This document shows, in pieces, positions 14,587 to 28,851 of a stretch of DNA of 64,000 bases. The translations under genes were made by a program, and so were the position numbers. This stretch comes from Paragordius varius (lineage: Eukaryota > Animalia > Nematomorpha): positions 5,952,001 to 6,016,000 of the forward strand of contig OZ176050.1 in NCBI GenBank assembly GCA_964247055.1, read 5' to 3'. The first letter of the stretch is position 1, and each line of letters starts with the position of its first letter. Below the pieces are notes generated by a model. The model saw nothing but the letters and a program-made list of their open reading frames with translations, had not been told where the DNA came from and ran no database searches.

Positions 14587-16217
14587 ATGTTATATTAAAA
14601 TTTTAATGTTGATAAGCGAATGTGGAAAGCTTCCTCAAATTTTAAATCCGCTAAAATGGAGTAGTTCTCCTAAAACACATGAAATGCTTACGAGATAAAA
14701 AATGTTATCTGCTATATAGCCCCAAGGGCTGCATTTTTGACTAAAAAACGGCATGTTGCTTCCAGAAAATATATTTATAACATCGACATAAATAAATATA
14801 TTAGAGCTTATAAAGTATTTTTTTATGAATAACACAATCACCAATGTAATTACCATTTATGCTAGCAATTTCATTGGAATACAATTTGTTTAAGAAATAC
14901 TTAACAGTAAAAATTTTAATTATCAAAGACACAATCCAGAGAGCAAAAATAAATTTTTTGAAAAAATATCTTTAGCATTTTAACACATTACTTTAAAAAA
15001 AACACATTAATCCTCAAACATTATACCAAATAATGGCTGGCAGGAGCAATAATTGTGAGAAAATTTGAATATATTCCTTATCAATCTGCATTTCTTTACG
15101 CAAAATACCTTTGTCATGTAACGAGTTTATATACCTCAAATAAATATTGTGAGAACATATTTATAATTATATCCGTCTAAAAGCAGAAAGAATATATTTT
15201 CTGAAATCCACTTGTTTTTAACAAATTCACAACTTTTAACCTGTTTTGATAAAATATTTGTGATTAAAATAATAAAAACTATGCTTGTATGAATATTAAA
15301 CTATTTTCATTATTCACATAAAATATATGCATGATCTCGACTTAACACCAACTTACTAGTTAATTTTTTGACCCAGAGCCTAAAGTAGTAAATAATCTAG
15401 AGTTTTAAAATGTTCTGGTTCAATTTAATAATCTAACCTTCTTCTGTATTAATTACGACTTATTGTAACAGTTTTTTGACTTCACGGGTCCCAAATTCTA
15501 GCTCCAAAACACGAACGAGACAAACAGCTGATATTAAAATAAATATATAAATATAAAGATATGTTAATAAACTGTAATTTGAAAGCTTTTCAAAGTTAAA
15601 TATTTATTTTTGTTATATAATATACTTATTTGCCTGTTGTATTCGCGATTATAATTAATCATAAAAAAATTGAGGCGAAAAAGTTTGAGATCAGGATTTT
15701 TTTCCAATTTTACATTTTTTTTATTTTTTTGTATCCCACGCCTATAAGGCGAAATATATATTTTAAATTTGGCAAAATAATTAAGTTTATTGACCATTGG
15801 ATTCCCCAAAAAGTCATGAAGTGGTAATCTTGATGAAACGAGCGTGCTATTTTTGTAAACGCCTACACGACATTAATAAAATATTAAATATATATGCATG
15901 GTTAAAACAGACCTAATATTTAATTTTTGATTTATCAATCCGACTTCATAGTCTATATAATGTGGAACTAATACAGATATTTTTGGTACTAAAAATGACT
16001 TATTTTGAGGTGTTTATATGAATTTAGTCACATATATTTTCTGATTAGCTAAATTAACACTTAAAAAAAGCTATCGAATTTGATAAATTTTTATATTATC
16101 TATCAAAGTTCTCGACAAAATATAATAAAACCTAATTGTATTCTAAATATTATTATAGGAATATTTACTCAAGGGTAAAAAGTGTGAACAATTTTTGGTT
16201 AGTCACTTAAATTTGCC

Positions 16218-19200
16218 ATGAGTGTGCCGATTCAAGAAAAAAAGAAAAAAAAGAAGTTAAAGAAAATTGAAATTCCTCAAGAGGAAACGGTGGATCAACA
16301 CAATGAAGTTTTAACGGCGTCTTTAGATGGAGAAGTTTTTATTTTATAAAATATAGACATCCATGTTTGTATTATACGAGGATGCTATCGGTTATGCCCT
16401 TTTTAGAATTAAACAATATGAAGAGATTGGGATGGCATTACTCACAGATCAATTAAGAGACAATTTATTGGATTATACCAAATTTATAAATACTGTTCAT
16501 TTGATTGCGTTTTCTCCATTTAAAAGTGCAAAAAATGCCTTAGAAAATATAAATTACATATCAGAGGGGCTTATTCATGAAGATTTGTATACCTTTTTGG
16601 ACACTTATTTGCCAAAACAGGCTCTTGCTGGCGAAATTGCCAAACATAAAAAGAAAGTTATGTTGGGTGTTTCAGAACAGAAATTGGGCGCTACTATAGT
16701 CGAAAATGAAGCCTTGAGAGCTAATTGTGTTTATTCAGGACTTATACCAGAGATTTTGAGAGGTATATCTTTTAAACTTTTATAATTATATTTAGACTAT
16801 TTGGCATTACAATTGTATGCATAAAATGCTTAAGCTTAATTTATAATTTTACCGGTATATATATTCATAATTAACACTTCGATTCGAATTGGGCTTTATA
16901 AATACCTCAGACTATATATAAGTTGATATTTTTTAAAAAAAACTGAACAAAACAGTTTCAATTATTTATGCTTCTATCCTAATAAAAATTATATAAATAA
17001 GCCGAAATATCTGAATAAAATTTAGTTCTGATAAAAATTCATTATTAAACTACATCGACGCGATTTTCAATATTTTTGCAAAATATCATGTTATTTTAAA
17101 TTTAAAGCTATAATTAAAGATATTAAAATTTCATTTAACATTTCCATTCGAATTGGGACTACCCCAGACTATATTTAAGTAGATATTTAAAAACTGAAAG
17201 AAATGATCCCAATTTAAATTTTTGCTTCTATCAAGCCAAAACATCTAAATTAAAGTTATTTTTTAAAAAAAGTTTCATATCAAACTACTTCGACGCCATC
17301 TTATTCATACAAAAATTTGTGAAATATCGATTTTATATAATTTTAAAGCTAATTATTATTTAAAACTACTCTAAATTGATGAAATAGAAAAAGTGGTTTA
17401 TTTTGCATTATTTTTAATTTAGTTAATGAACACATGTTGTGTTAATTAAAATTTTACCATTGGGTTTTACCTAAAATGAGTATTATCAGGTATTTTTATA
17501 TTTCGGTTCATTAATGTCATATAAGTACAAGCCTTTGTAATGGTTTCAATATCTTTTATATTTTTTGAATTTAATTTTAAACAGTCCTGTGGTATATCAC
17601 AACCCCAATTCGAATTGAAGGACTTGAATGAATGTGCTATATCCAAGTGTTTATCTATTTTATTCATTTGATTAGATTTTTGTAAGGGTAGCGTCAACAT
17701 TCACCGATTTTTTTATTTTATCAAATATAATAATTTAATAAATTACTATATTAAAGTATCAATTACCGATCTTATTTATAACTATCTTCTAGTATCAATA
17801 ACGTTTAGCGAAAATGTTTATATTAATCAATCTATTTTTACAATTATATCATTCACCATATATTTCATATTTCAACCTAGATGAATCAAATTAATATATT
17901 GAATAAAAAATATTTTTTTTAGTAAACTAATTTATCCAATTATAATTTTTTTAATAATACTCATAGGCATTCGTCAACATTTTACCAAATATTTCCGTAG
18001 GATGGACTCAATAACGGAAAGTAGCGATATATCGAAAGTTACCACGCTCGCTATTGATGCTGATAAGGAGGATAAGGCACAATTAGGATTGGCTCACAGT
18101 TATAGTCGAGCAAAAATAAAATTTAACGTTAACCGAGTCGATAATATGATAGTTCAATGCATAGCTATTTTGGATCAATTAGACAAAGATATTAACAAAT
18201 TTAGCATGAGACTTCGGTAAATACTACCCACATCTTTTTTTCTTATTTCACTATCGTTATTTTCCATATAAAACGAAGTGCTAATTTGGTTTGAGTTTAT
18301 TTCCATATTTTTAAATTAAGCTTTTGAAATGAATAGTCAAAAAGTTTGGACATATGTTTATCCATTGAAATATAATTATACTAGACTATGAAAACAAAAA
18401 AATATTGTTAAATAGTTTTTATTTTTAACTTTGCCAAAATATGTATATTTATTTGTGGTAAAATTTACAAATATACTAACTTCGTTATAAAATCATACCT
18501 CTTATCCCTTTTTGTATAAGTAGTGTATCATAATAAATGTGCGTATCAAAATAATGCAACACTAAACCAAAATATATTGTTAGAAATAGCATTTTCTAAT
18601 AATTCACTTTAATTATTAATAAAGGCCCATTTACCTAAATATTTTATTAGTAAATTTAGGTTCTTTATACATCGATCATTGTTGCAACAATTTATTTATA
18701 TTTTTAAAACTTGTCCCAATTTACATATCTATATATATATATATATTCAATAAGCGAATGGTATTCCTATCATTTTCCCGAACTCTACAAACTTGTACCG
18801 GACAATTTGACATATGCCAAGGTTGTCAAATGTATTGGAAATCGTAAGGAATTGTTTAAAAAAGCACATGCCGGCGACGATGAAACAAAAAGTGAATTCA
18901 CCACAAATTTTAAGGCTCATACTGAATTATTACATGAACAGTTGCTTGATTTGTTGAATAACAACGAAACTTTAGTTGTCAACATTCTCCAGATTGCTAA
19001 ATCCTCTATGGGTATGCTAAACTATAAATAAAAACATAACTTATTAAAAGGTTTACTCTTAATAGGGGAATCGTTAGTTTTGTCAAATGATGTTGTTTTA
19101 CATGCACAATATTATTATAATTCGTTTATTTTTTTGTTTTTTTACGAATAACCTATTTATTTAAAATATGAATTGGGTTAGTTAATTCTAAATAATATCT

Positions 19201-22200
19201 CTAAAATGTTACATATATTTTACAGAATACTAGTTACGGATATCTCATAATAAATTAGCTTTCTTAAGTATATTTATTCCATTTTATTTTGGTCGCACAT
19301 ATAATTTTTCACATCTTTTTACAAATTTTGTTGCATACATTTGCACGCAATATAATATTTTATTTAGGTATGGATATAAGCCCCATGGATCTCAATATGA
19401 TTACCAAATTTACTGATAGAATAATGGCACTTGGTGAATTTAGGCAAAATCTTAGCTTATATTTGACTTCCAAAATGAAGAGTGTTGCACCAAACTTGGC
19501 TGAATTGTTGGGCGATACGGTATATGAATATTTTTTTATATCAGGTTTTGGAATCAGAACTATTAGTTTTTTTTCAGCAACAAATAAAATGTTTAAAAAC
19601 GTTTTGGTGGAACCGTTTTACATTTTAAAACGTTAAAATAATTTTTGTTTTGATATTTTGTTTTACTATAATTGTTATTTCCATTTTATTTGAATCATGT
19701 TTAAGTTTTTTTTGAAAAAAAGTAGGATATTACAATCCTAGTTTTAATGCTTTTATTTTTGTATTATATATCCACATTATACTAAAATAACCATATATGT
19801 AAATTTTAAAAATGGGATTAAAATTCCAACCTGAAAGAATAAATTTGAGATAAAAATGATTTAAATGAGCTTTGTTAAATTTCAGTTCGGATTAGGTGAA
19901 TTTTTGTGCCTGGTTCTTTAACATATTTTTGCCAAAATAATTTGGAAAAAATTTGGTTTTGGCTCCAATGTTCTGTTCTCATTTCGTTCACAATTTTTTA
20001 ATTTTAAAGGGCCTAATTAATTTAATATAATGTGGTTAAAATGCCTGAAAATATACACATAAACAAAAATGTTATGTATGCTACAATTTCTGATTTTTTT
20101 CCAACGATTTGTAAAAGAATAGAAAATCAATCATTATTTACTAAAAACTAAATAAGTATAATCTAAACCGTTTGTAACACGATGTCCTAAAAACAATTAG
20201 CGTTTTTCGAACGGTTTCGGTTTTTACAATTCCATTAATCCTTGAAAATATAGCACAGAACTAAAGGATTATATATTATGAATTACTATGTAATTTCTAT
20301 GTATTTAGCTAAAGTCGTTGTCGATTTATAGCTTTTTAGTATGTAAATCTGCGCCAATTTGCTCTGTTGTAAGTAAGGGATATAAAATATTATATTGAAA
20401 ATTAATGTTTTAAGTTAGATTTTCCGTTCAACGCATTTTACAACGGTCGCGTTTTCTTCTACTTTACCTCTCATTATATAATATTTTAAATTTTGTCTCT
20501 AACGGTGTCTTCCAAATACGAAACTTTAATTTGAGACAATGAGAGCTATTGTGGGTTTTATTTTTTCGTGAACTACTGAATTTTATTGTCATGTTACTTG
20601 TTAAGTCTATACAGCCAAAACTATAGTTCCAATGCGTTTAATCTTGAAGTCTCATAAATAATATTAACAATCCTTAGATATCAAATACAAATTGCGATAG
20701 GAAAAATTAATGTGAAAAAATATGTTAAAATATGGAAACCAATTATTTTAGACTATGATCCAAAATTGGGCTAATCACTTGATTTTAAATGTTATTTGGA
20801 GCTAAAAACTGGATCATAAAACGCATTTGAATTATGGTGTTGGCGTTACTTGTAATTAACTAATCTTGTTTGCCTTTTAAAAATATTTAATTATATCAGT
20901 AACTATAATTTTATTTTGTTAACTCAATTCATTAATGTAGGTTAGTGCTCGACTTATCAGTCACGCCGGAAGTTTATCAAATTTAGCCAAATGCCCAGGA
21001 TCAACAATTCAAATATTAGGCGCTGAAAAAGCTTTGTTTAGGTAAACTTTGATAAATTATTTACCTTATATATATATATATATATATATAAATACGGATT
21101 TTACTATTGTTAAGAAACCAAAATTTTAAAGGGGTAAAACTTTAAAAAGTAAATCGATTTTACCCGTTTATTCCAAAACTGTGGCTTAATTAAAATTTCT
21201 GGTTGCATCTAAAAAATAATAATTTCGATGCTAAAAATTATATTTACAGAACTGATTCCAAATATTTTTGCTACGGATTACTAAAGCACTATTATCTCTT
21301 TTTTTGTAAAATACAATTAATTTTTTGTATTCACCAAAATGTATCCAACCAAAACCTGCTTCAAACAGTGAAATTTTTGAGTCGTTATTTGTCTCATTAT
21401 AAAATTTTACAACTCTAGACAACAAAGTTTTCCTGCCAAACGAGATTATTTAATCTCTGTTGCCTAATGGTATTATGATAACAAAAAATAAAAAAATAGG
21501 GATTGCTTAAGGATTTAAAAAATCCTTTTTTATAAAAGGCAAAATTTACAAATTAATCGAAGATTGCATCATATGTTAACATCATGAGCGTAAGACTATA
21601 AAAATATATGAAAATGAAAAACCTAAATTCTTATTATCGAAATTGAAGTTTAATAGCAAAATTTACCTGAGAGAGATCATTGCTAATAAATTATAAAAAA
21701 TGACAAATTGCATTGTTCTTTATAATAGATTTTTTAGATTTATTGAGCTTTTTGCTTTTATATGGTGTTTTTATATTCGATGTATTATTAATAAAAAATA
21801 TCATATAATATTTTCCTAGTGCATTAATGTTTGAATTTTTAAAAGAATTAGAATCGACAAGCAGGTATCTATGTTTATAACATAAAACGCAAACGTAAAA
21901 AACGATCCAAATAATTTATGCATATGTTGTAGAAGATGGATATTTTAATAAAATTAATTAAAATTAGGCAACATGACTAATCAACTTTTTTAAATATTTT
22001 TTAAGAAAAAATTAACTCAGTATTGCTTGTTGATATATTTTTTCATAAGTTTATCATAACAAATATCTATATTAACGCTATATTTCATATTTTATTATTC
22101 ATTTTTTATCATTGTATGAGAATATATAAACACAACTTCAGAAGCATTCACTTATTTTAAATATAAATCCACTCTAGCCAAATCAGGGGCCGGCGTGATA

Positions 22201-25200
22201 ACTGACCTATTAAAAAATATATTTACAGTAGCTTTCAATGAACTTTTGTTTTATAACGACGAAGCAATGATTGCTTGCAAAATACCAAATTTTTTTAAAG
22301 GTTTTTAAGCTATTAGTATGTCAATTTATTTATTTTCAAATGAGCATAAAAATGCATATTGACGAACATTTTGATAAATTCCGATTTAATTACAAATCAA
22401 GGTGGCATCAAAACTTGAGAAGATGTGAAAAGAGATACATACAATCATAAAATTATTAACATGTCTATTAAATATGAACTCATTTTACATAGTTTTATTC
22501 ATTTATAGTATATTATTATAATGAAAAATTTCACTTTTCAATCAATAAATTTAGTAAAAATACTTCTTTCTCATAATCTTTGCTGAAATAAATCATAAAA
22601 ATGACCAAAAATAGCCTTAATATGCATATTTGGCGTGATAAACTCATATATAAACCAGCGAAATTAAAATTTTATTCTTCAAAACATTAATTTTTATGTT
22701 CTTTTAATTTTTCGACGCAATTAAGCCATTTCAAATCCAATATGTAATTTTTTCTCCAACTATTTCTAGAAAAAATATTATGTCTTAAATTGGTTTGGGT
22801 TTTAATCATAAAACAGAAAGATGCTTAAACTTTTAGAAAAAAAGAAGCCGATACTTTAATCACTAAAATAATTATGTTTCCTATATGTTTGGAAATATCT
22901 ATACATGTTTGATATGAACTCCCAATAACCGAATTACAATATTATTATATAAAAAATATTTGCTGAAAGCTTGTACATATATAATTATATTTATTGGATG
23001 AGTTTTTTGCTTTATTTAATGATTAAGTTTTATACTATAATCCTCTTTTATTAAATATTTTTGAACAAGTTTCCCATTTTTAATATATAAAAATCGATAA
23101 AATCCGAATTTGCACAAAATCTATGATTGTAATGTCAAAACAAATTTCGGGTTTAGAACACAAAAAGGGTAAAAATTGTTGTCTATTGTTGAAATTCATT
23201 AATCAAAGCGCTTTAAACTACCAGTTTTTCGTTTGTCAAAAATTTCATTATAGGTCTTGTGAAATTGGGACAAAAGGCAGTTTTGTAAAAATCCATATAT
23301 TTGAATGAAATTTAAGCAGTACTTTTCAAACCTTTTTTGTATTGTTATATCTTGCCCTTTATTTTACGCATTAATTATAATTTAGATCACTCAAATCTCG
23401 CAGTGGCAAAACACCAAAATACGGGCTTCTATATCATTCCCCATTCATTGGTAAAGCTAATGCATCTAACAAAGGAAAGGTCTCCCGATTTTTGGCTAAT
23501 AAATGTGCTATTGCTTCTAGAATCGATTGTTTTTCTGGTATAATAACAATAATTTTTATACCGACTATTTAATTTGTTTTTTGGATAAAAAATATATTTT
23601 TAGTAGCGTTTATTAGTTGAGAAGTGTGTGGTTTGTTTATTATTTGGTTATTTCGTACACTAAAACACCTATCTAATTTAAAATCTCAAATTGTACCGAT
23701 AATGAAATATTATCTGTTTTTTAATCTATATTCTTAAATTTTTCCCACTCTGATACGTTAACTAATGGTTTCCTGATTGGTAACTAATCAATAAAGATTT
23801 AACATCAATATTGGCCTCCACCAGGGCTCAACACCAAGCCCCTTACTAATTGATTATATAATAAAGGACCCACCATGGAATATATTAGGTGATTTGATAT
23901 TAGCAATAAACACGAATTAAAAAGCTCATTCCTCCAATAGAGGAGATGATATATGCATAAAATCCATGCTCTATCTCTCACTCTGAAGTAAAAACAAATG
24001 CCATTTTATGTGCATCTTGTAAATTTTGGTTCATAGAAAATGCTCAAACATCAAGGGAAAATTGATTGATAACAATATGGATGCCAAAACTGCACACAGG
24101 GAAACCAAACATATTTACAGCACGGAGTTTATTATGGAAAATTTTAGGATCTTATGAATAATAGGTAACATAAATAATCATATTAACATAATAAAGATGC
24201 CTAAGCAATCATCTCGCATATAATGAAACTCGGCTGGCCATATTTAATCAATTCATATATTAACACATAAAGCATAAAAACGTAAAAAAATTAAAATATA
24301 TAAATTACATATACTTCCAACCCTGACATACGCCTACGAAACTTGAGTCATTAAATAATCACTAGAATTAAGACTAAAAAGAGAAACAGAATAGAAAAAT
24401 GCAAAATATATGGGATGTATTCCATTATAAAGAATTAGAACCAATAACATCGTTTATTGAAACAAATAGAATTCGCTACTTTGGCCACATAGACAGATAT
24501 AATATTGACTCATCTGCTAAATTGAGCTTGCCTTTAACCGAAAAGAGATAAAACACTTTGGTCGCCAACAACAAGATGTCAAAATTTTAAACATATCACG
24601 AAATGTAGAGAAATATCGTAAATTCCACTGAACCTCATTAGGGCTAACCAATAACATTTAAATTATCAATTATGTGAAAATAATTTTATCTTTAATTTCA
24701 TATTTTCCCTCTAATATAATTAATTTTTACAATATTATTTTAGATGTTGCTTGTCCTGTATACGGTAAGTTTTTAAAGGCTCAAGTTGAAAATCGCATAA
24801 AATATTTGGAAAACGATGGCGAGCCTCTTAGAAATTCTGATGTTATGGCAGAAGCTATTGAAAAGGTTGTATTTTTAGATTTTAACAAAACATTTAATTA
24901 GACAAGTTTAACGAAAATTTTGTTATATAGTTATTAGATAAATGTACCATAATTTTTAATAAAAATTGTGTAAATACAAATATGTCAACTTCAATAGATT
25001 TATTAGAATTAATCATATATAAAAAATTTATATATCTTTTTATTTCGTTCGAAATTATTACTATCCATAATTAATCTTTTTATTATCCGTAGGTTATATA
25101 TTAATTTTAACTTTTACCTTTCATAGGCACGTGAATTTGCTCAAAAAGCTGAGATAAAACAAATACCAGCACCTGTAATTGAGATTGAGGCTAAGAAGAA

Positions 25201-25618
25201 GAAAAAGAAAAAAACTATTAAATCCGAACCCGAATCGGCTGTACTCAATGGTAGTAGCAGTGATACAAAAGATTTCCTATTAAATGGTGATATTCCAAAC
25301 GATTTTAATTTATCGATTAAGGCCGAGGATGGTGCTTCTGGTGGAGCCGAAGGTGCAGAATCTATTGAAACTGCGTCCAGTGGGAAAAAGAAAAAAGGTA
25401 AAAAACGAAAGCAATTAGAAAATGGTTATTTAGTTTCTGCCCAAATGAATAATAATGATCATCAACTTGATCAAACGTTAATTCAAATGAACGGACATGG
25501 TGATGAAAAGGTTATGTTCTCTAGCAGTAACAGCGTGAAAACCGAATATACATGTACGGACACATCTTCTTTGGAAGTGAAAAAGGTTAAAAAGAAGAAG
25601 AAAATGGTTGCAGTTTAA
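16218..25618 (+). CDS. NOP56: Nucleolar protein 56 (box C/D snoRNP core)
   Basis: Exons [16218-16334], 16357-16762, 17967-18216, 18755-19011, 19368-19519, 20941-21041, 23386-23537, 24744-24865, 25127-25618. Motifs [134 protein letters not shown], and a K-rich tail. The first exon depends on a 22-nt intron; otherwise the start is ATG 16363. Confidence 0.96.
16335..16356 (+). other. Putative 22-nt GT-AG micro-intron (NOP56 intron 1)
   Basis: GTTTTTATTTTATAAAATATAG. Removal fuses the upstream ORF from gccATG 16218 in frame to TSMFVLYE. Retention gives TAA at 16347-16349. Confidence 0.7.
16875..17649. mobile_element. Two tandem copies (16875-17134 partial, 17139-17649 near complete) of TTAA-associated MITE family E in NOP56 intron 2
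   Basis: TTAA-CACTTCGATTCGAATTGGG and TTAA-CATTTCCATTCGAATTGGG starts; shared GCTTCTATC core; homologous in reverse orientation to 28290-28851 and 34557-35079. Confidence 0.75.
23790..24600 (+). mobile_element. Decayed RTE-clade non-LTR retrotransposon fragment (RT C-terminal half) in a NOP56 intron
   Basis: Translates with stops and frameshifts to [25 protein letters not shown] (cf. VGLHQGSALSPLLF/PWELLYADDL), [15 protein letters not shown] (cf. LLYGCETW) and [13 protein letters not shown] (cf. RLRWFGHV). Boundaries approximate. Confidence 0.8.
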
Positions 25619-25645
25619 AATTAGCGAATTACTATAACCACTGTC

Positions 25646-25650
<5 letters not shown>

Positions 25651-25704
<54 letters not shown>
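25651..25704. repeat. (AT)n microsatellite downstream of the NOP56 stop
   Basis: Uninterrupted AT run of about 54 bp. Similar runs at about 21067-21090, 31646-31701 and 41636-41663. Confidence 0.95.
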
Positions 25705-25707
<3 letters not shown>

Positions 25708-26990
25708 TAAATCATGTGTAATCCATACATTAATTTTGGGTTGTAAATCGGAATATTATATAAATTTTGTATTATTTTTTGTGTTATTTATCCATATAAA
25801 ATTTCATAAGTGGATCAATACCAATGTGACCATAATGGAAAGTTTAAAACATTACTTATTATCATGTTAGTTCTTTTGCAGATTACCTACCTTGAGTTGT
25901 AATACCCATTTTTAGCTAAATGTGATTTCGTGAACATTATTAATGCCTTTTTAAAACTAGATATTCATAAAAATATTTATTAATATAAATCAACTAAAGT
26001 AATTAGTGAGTATTGCTAATTTATGTTTTTTAACGTTGTAACATTAAAATTTAAAAAATCTTGGGATATTTGAGACTTGATTGTATTAAAACAAATGTTT
26101 ATAAAACAATCCTTTTACTTAATAGTATTTGCTATGAAAGTATATTCTAAAGGTATGTTTAGTAAAAATATAATATAAAGCTAAAGCGTTACAAAAACCA
26201 TAATTTTAGACATTTGATTTATTTGAATTAAATGGTCACCATTGACGTATGTTCATAACTCTTAAGATTCTTTAAAAAAAATACCACCCGGTGGCGAGTA
26301 AAAATTACTTTGAAAGTTTTTTTCTAAAATAAGTGCACATATACACAGTGCACACAAAGAAAATATTTAACAAATACGTTTGGTTTCGGGCATTACGAAC
26401 CATTTAAAAATAATATTTCCACTTTTGTGGTAATTGATATGCTTATTTTAAAGTATTTTTTGCTGATATAATCTAATATACATATAGTAAAATTCGCGAA
26501 ATCTCGGCATTGCGTATTTAAGAGAATTAGCACATATAAATGGGCCAAAAAAATGAGATCGGAGCCCACATTAATAAATTTATAAATATTATATTTTGCT
26601 TTTTAATTATTCTATGTGATCTATTTTAATTATATTTTTTGGTGAAACATTCATTTAGCTTTCGCCAAAAAAATATTTAGCATAAGTGCGCATGCGATTT
26701 TCCGATATGGAGGAATGACCACAATCCTATTAACTTTATTATATTACTCGTAAAGCCAAAAATCGTTAGCACTGTAAGAACTCTGATACATTTAATTATA
26801 GGAATATAGATATGTCATCAGAATATTTTTTATACCCCTCGATTTTGTGCGCAGTGTCTATTGTCGACAAAAAGCCTAAAAGATGGTTATACCAGCTTTG
26901 CCCAAGACTAGGGTAGGCTTTAAAAATTTTTAAAAGTAGTGTGACCCATTCTAATTTCATTATAATACTGGGTTTTGAATACTCCTAGAG

Positions 26991-27164
26991 CAGGAGTGAT
27001 CAACATGCTTTTTTCCTTATGCAAAATGCTCTAAAAATGTAAAAAATAAAAAAATGGATTTTAATAAAAAATTTATGATTATGTTGAAGATATAACATCC
27101 GAAATTGAGCTCAAAATAAATAAATAATTAGAAGCCGCGAAAATATTTGTGTTGGACACCCCTG
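26991..27164. mobile_element. hAT-type MITE (family C)
   Basis: CAGGAGTGATCAACATGC ... TTTGTGTTGGACACCCCTG. Flanks TCCTAGAG/CCCTAAAG (6/8, degenerate TSD). A further solo right end lies at about 29641-29675. Confidence 0.7.
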
Positions 27165-28289
27165 CCCTAAAGTGTAATGAAGATTTTTTGATTTTCTGAA
27201 TTTAAGGGCCACCGTCATTTAAATAATTAAAGTAATAATTGTCCCATAATCAAGTATTTTTGGAAAATATATGTTCGCCATTTAATTGTTTATTGATATT
27301 TTGTTTTGCGCAATGTTTGATGGCGTTCAAGGATAGCCCCTCCCCTACAATAGGCTAAAAAAGAGTTTTTATAGCAAGTCACGATCATTAAAAGACTAAA
27401 ATACGATCAGCGCCTTTTAAATTATAGGTGATTTTAAAAAAACCAAAATTTTTAAAAACGCGAGATTTTGAATACATGCGGCCCTCCGAGACTTTATGTG
27501 CGGCCGGCGAAAACTTGGAAATCCATAAATTATAATATGATCACAATCTATATATTTATAAAAATGGAAAGTGGTGGCTTTGTGATCTGTTTCCGGTAGT
27601 CCCATTCAAATCCAAACGTCTAAAAAATATAATCATTAATGAATGCCCGACAATAGCTTCTCCCTTTTTTGAATTAGGCTCCCATTTCGGGCCTACCCCG
27701 TGTATAAAACGGTTTTTTTTGAAAACAGAAGTCCACAAAAATCGAGTCTTTGAGACAATTTTCCGGAAAACGTGCCATTCGATTTCTAATATAATTTTTT
27801 TTATTTTTCGATTGCGCGGAACATAGTCGGCTCGCTTTTTTAGTTTAGGCCCTCTTTTTACTGGCTCTCCCCGTAAAATGCCATTTTTTTTCAAAAAAAC
27901 TGTCCACAAAAATAATTTTTTGAATCGATTTTTCGCTTAAGGTACGAGACCGTAAAAATTTAATAAGGATTCCTGGTATTTCCTGTTAAAAGACAAAAAT
28001 TTTAGTCGAGTGTTTTTTTATATTGGCTGCCGGGTAAGGAGATATCTGCTAAAAATTGACCCGTCATATTGAAATAGCGTGCCTTTGGGGCTAAATTTCA
28101 AAAAATCCATCAGGCCATATCAGTTTAATAGCTTCTTAAAATATTACCCGTAATAAGGCAAAAATTTAAGTCGTGCGGTTTTTTAAAATTAGCCGTTAAT
28201 TAGGCCCTTGCCCAGAAAAATGCGCCACCATAGAAGATCTCAATTTCGTTAAGCCTTTTTTTCAAATACCGGCTTCGCAGGCCCCTTTA

Positions 28290-28851
28290 CACTATGTTTG
28301 CCACAGTAAAATCTCATTTCAGTCCTTCTATTCAAATTGGGGTAGTTGGATACCCCAGACCTATATAAATTGAATACTTTAAAAAATATGGAAGATATCG
28401 AAACCATGGCAATTGCGTTTAATATAACATTAATAAATATAAATATATAAAAAATTTTATTCAAAAATACTGTATTACTTACATTGATGTGAAACCCAAA
28501 GGTAAAAATTTTGTCGACGTAACATGTGTGCATTGGCTAAATTGAAAAATTAACCGCTTTTTCTATTTCTTATGAATGTTAGATGTAATTTAAATAAAAA
28601 ATTAGCTTTAATTTTACCTTTGAAATTAGATGAACACGATATTTTCAAAAAATTTCTAAAATAAAAATGGAAGTAGTCTGACATGGAACTTTATTTTCAA
28701 ACTGAAATTTTATTTAAATGTTTGGCTTATTTAGATAATTTTTAACAGGATAGAAGCATAAATTTAAATTGGGACCGTTTCCTTCAATAGTTTTTTAAAA
28801 ATAATAATTTAAATTTTGTCTGGGTTATTTAACCTAATTTGAATCGAAGTG
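28290..28851. mobile_element. TTAA-associated MITE family E
   Basis: Colinear along its length with 34557-35079. Ends CCTAATTTGAATCGAAGTG-TTAA. Left boundary approximate. Confidence 0.8.

Noticed and set aside
16763-25126. Intronic box C/D snoRNAs expected in a NOP56 host gene
   Set aside because: By eye I found no RTGATGA...CTGA pair with a terminal stem; the one TGATGA (~17376) lies in a MITE. An Infernal/snoscan search is still needed.
27400-28260. GC-enriched stretch with ORFs 27417-27605 and 27556-27909
   Set aside because: No recognisable protein similarity; internal short repeats suggest an unclassified repeat, and I could not define its termini.
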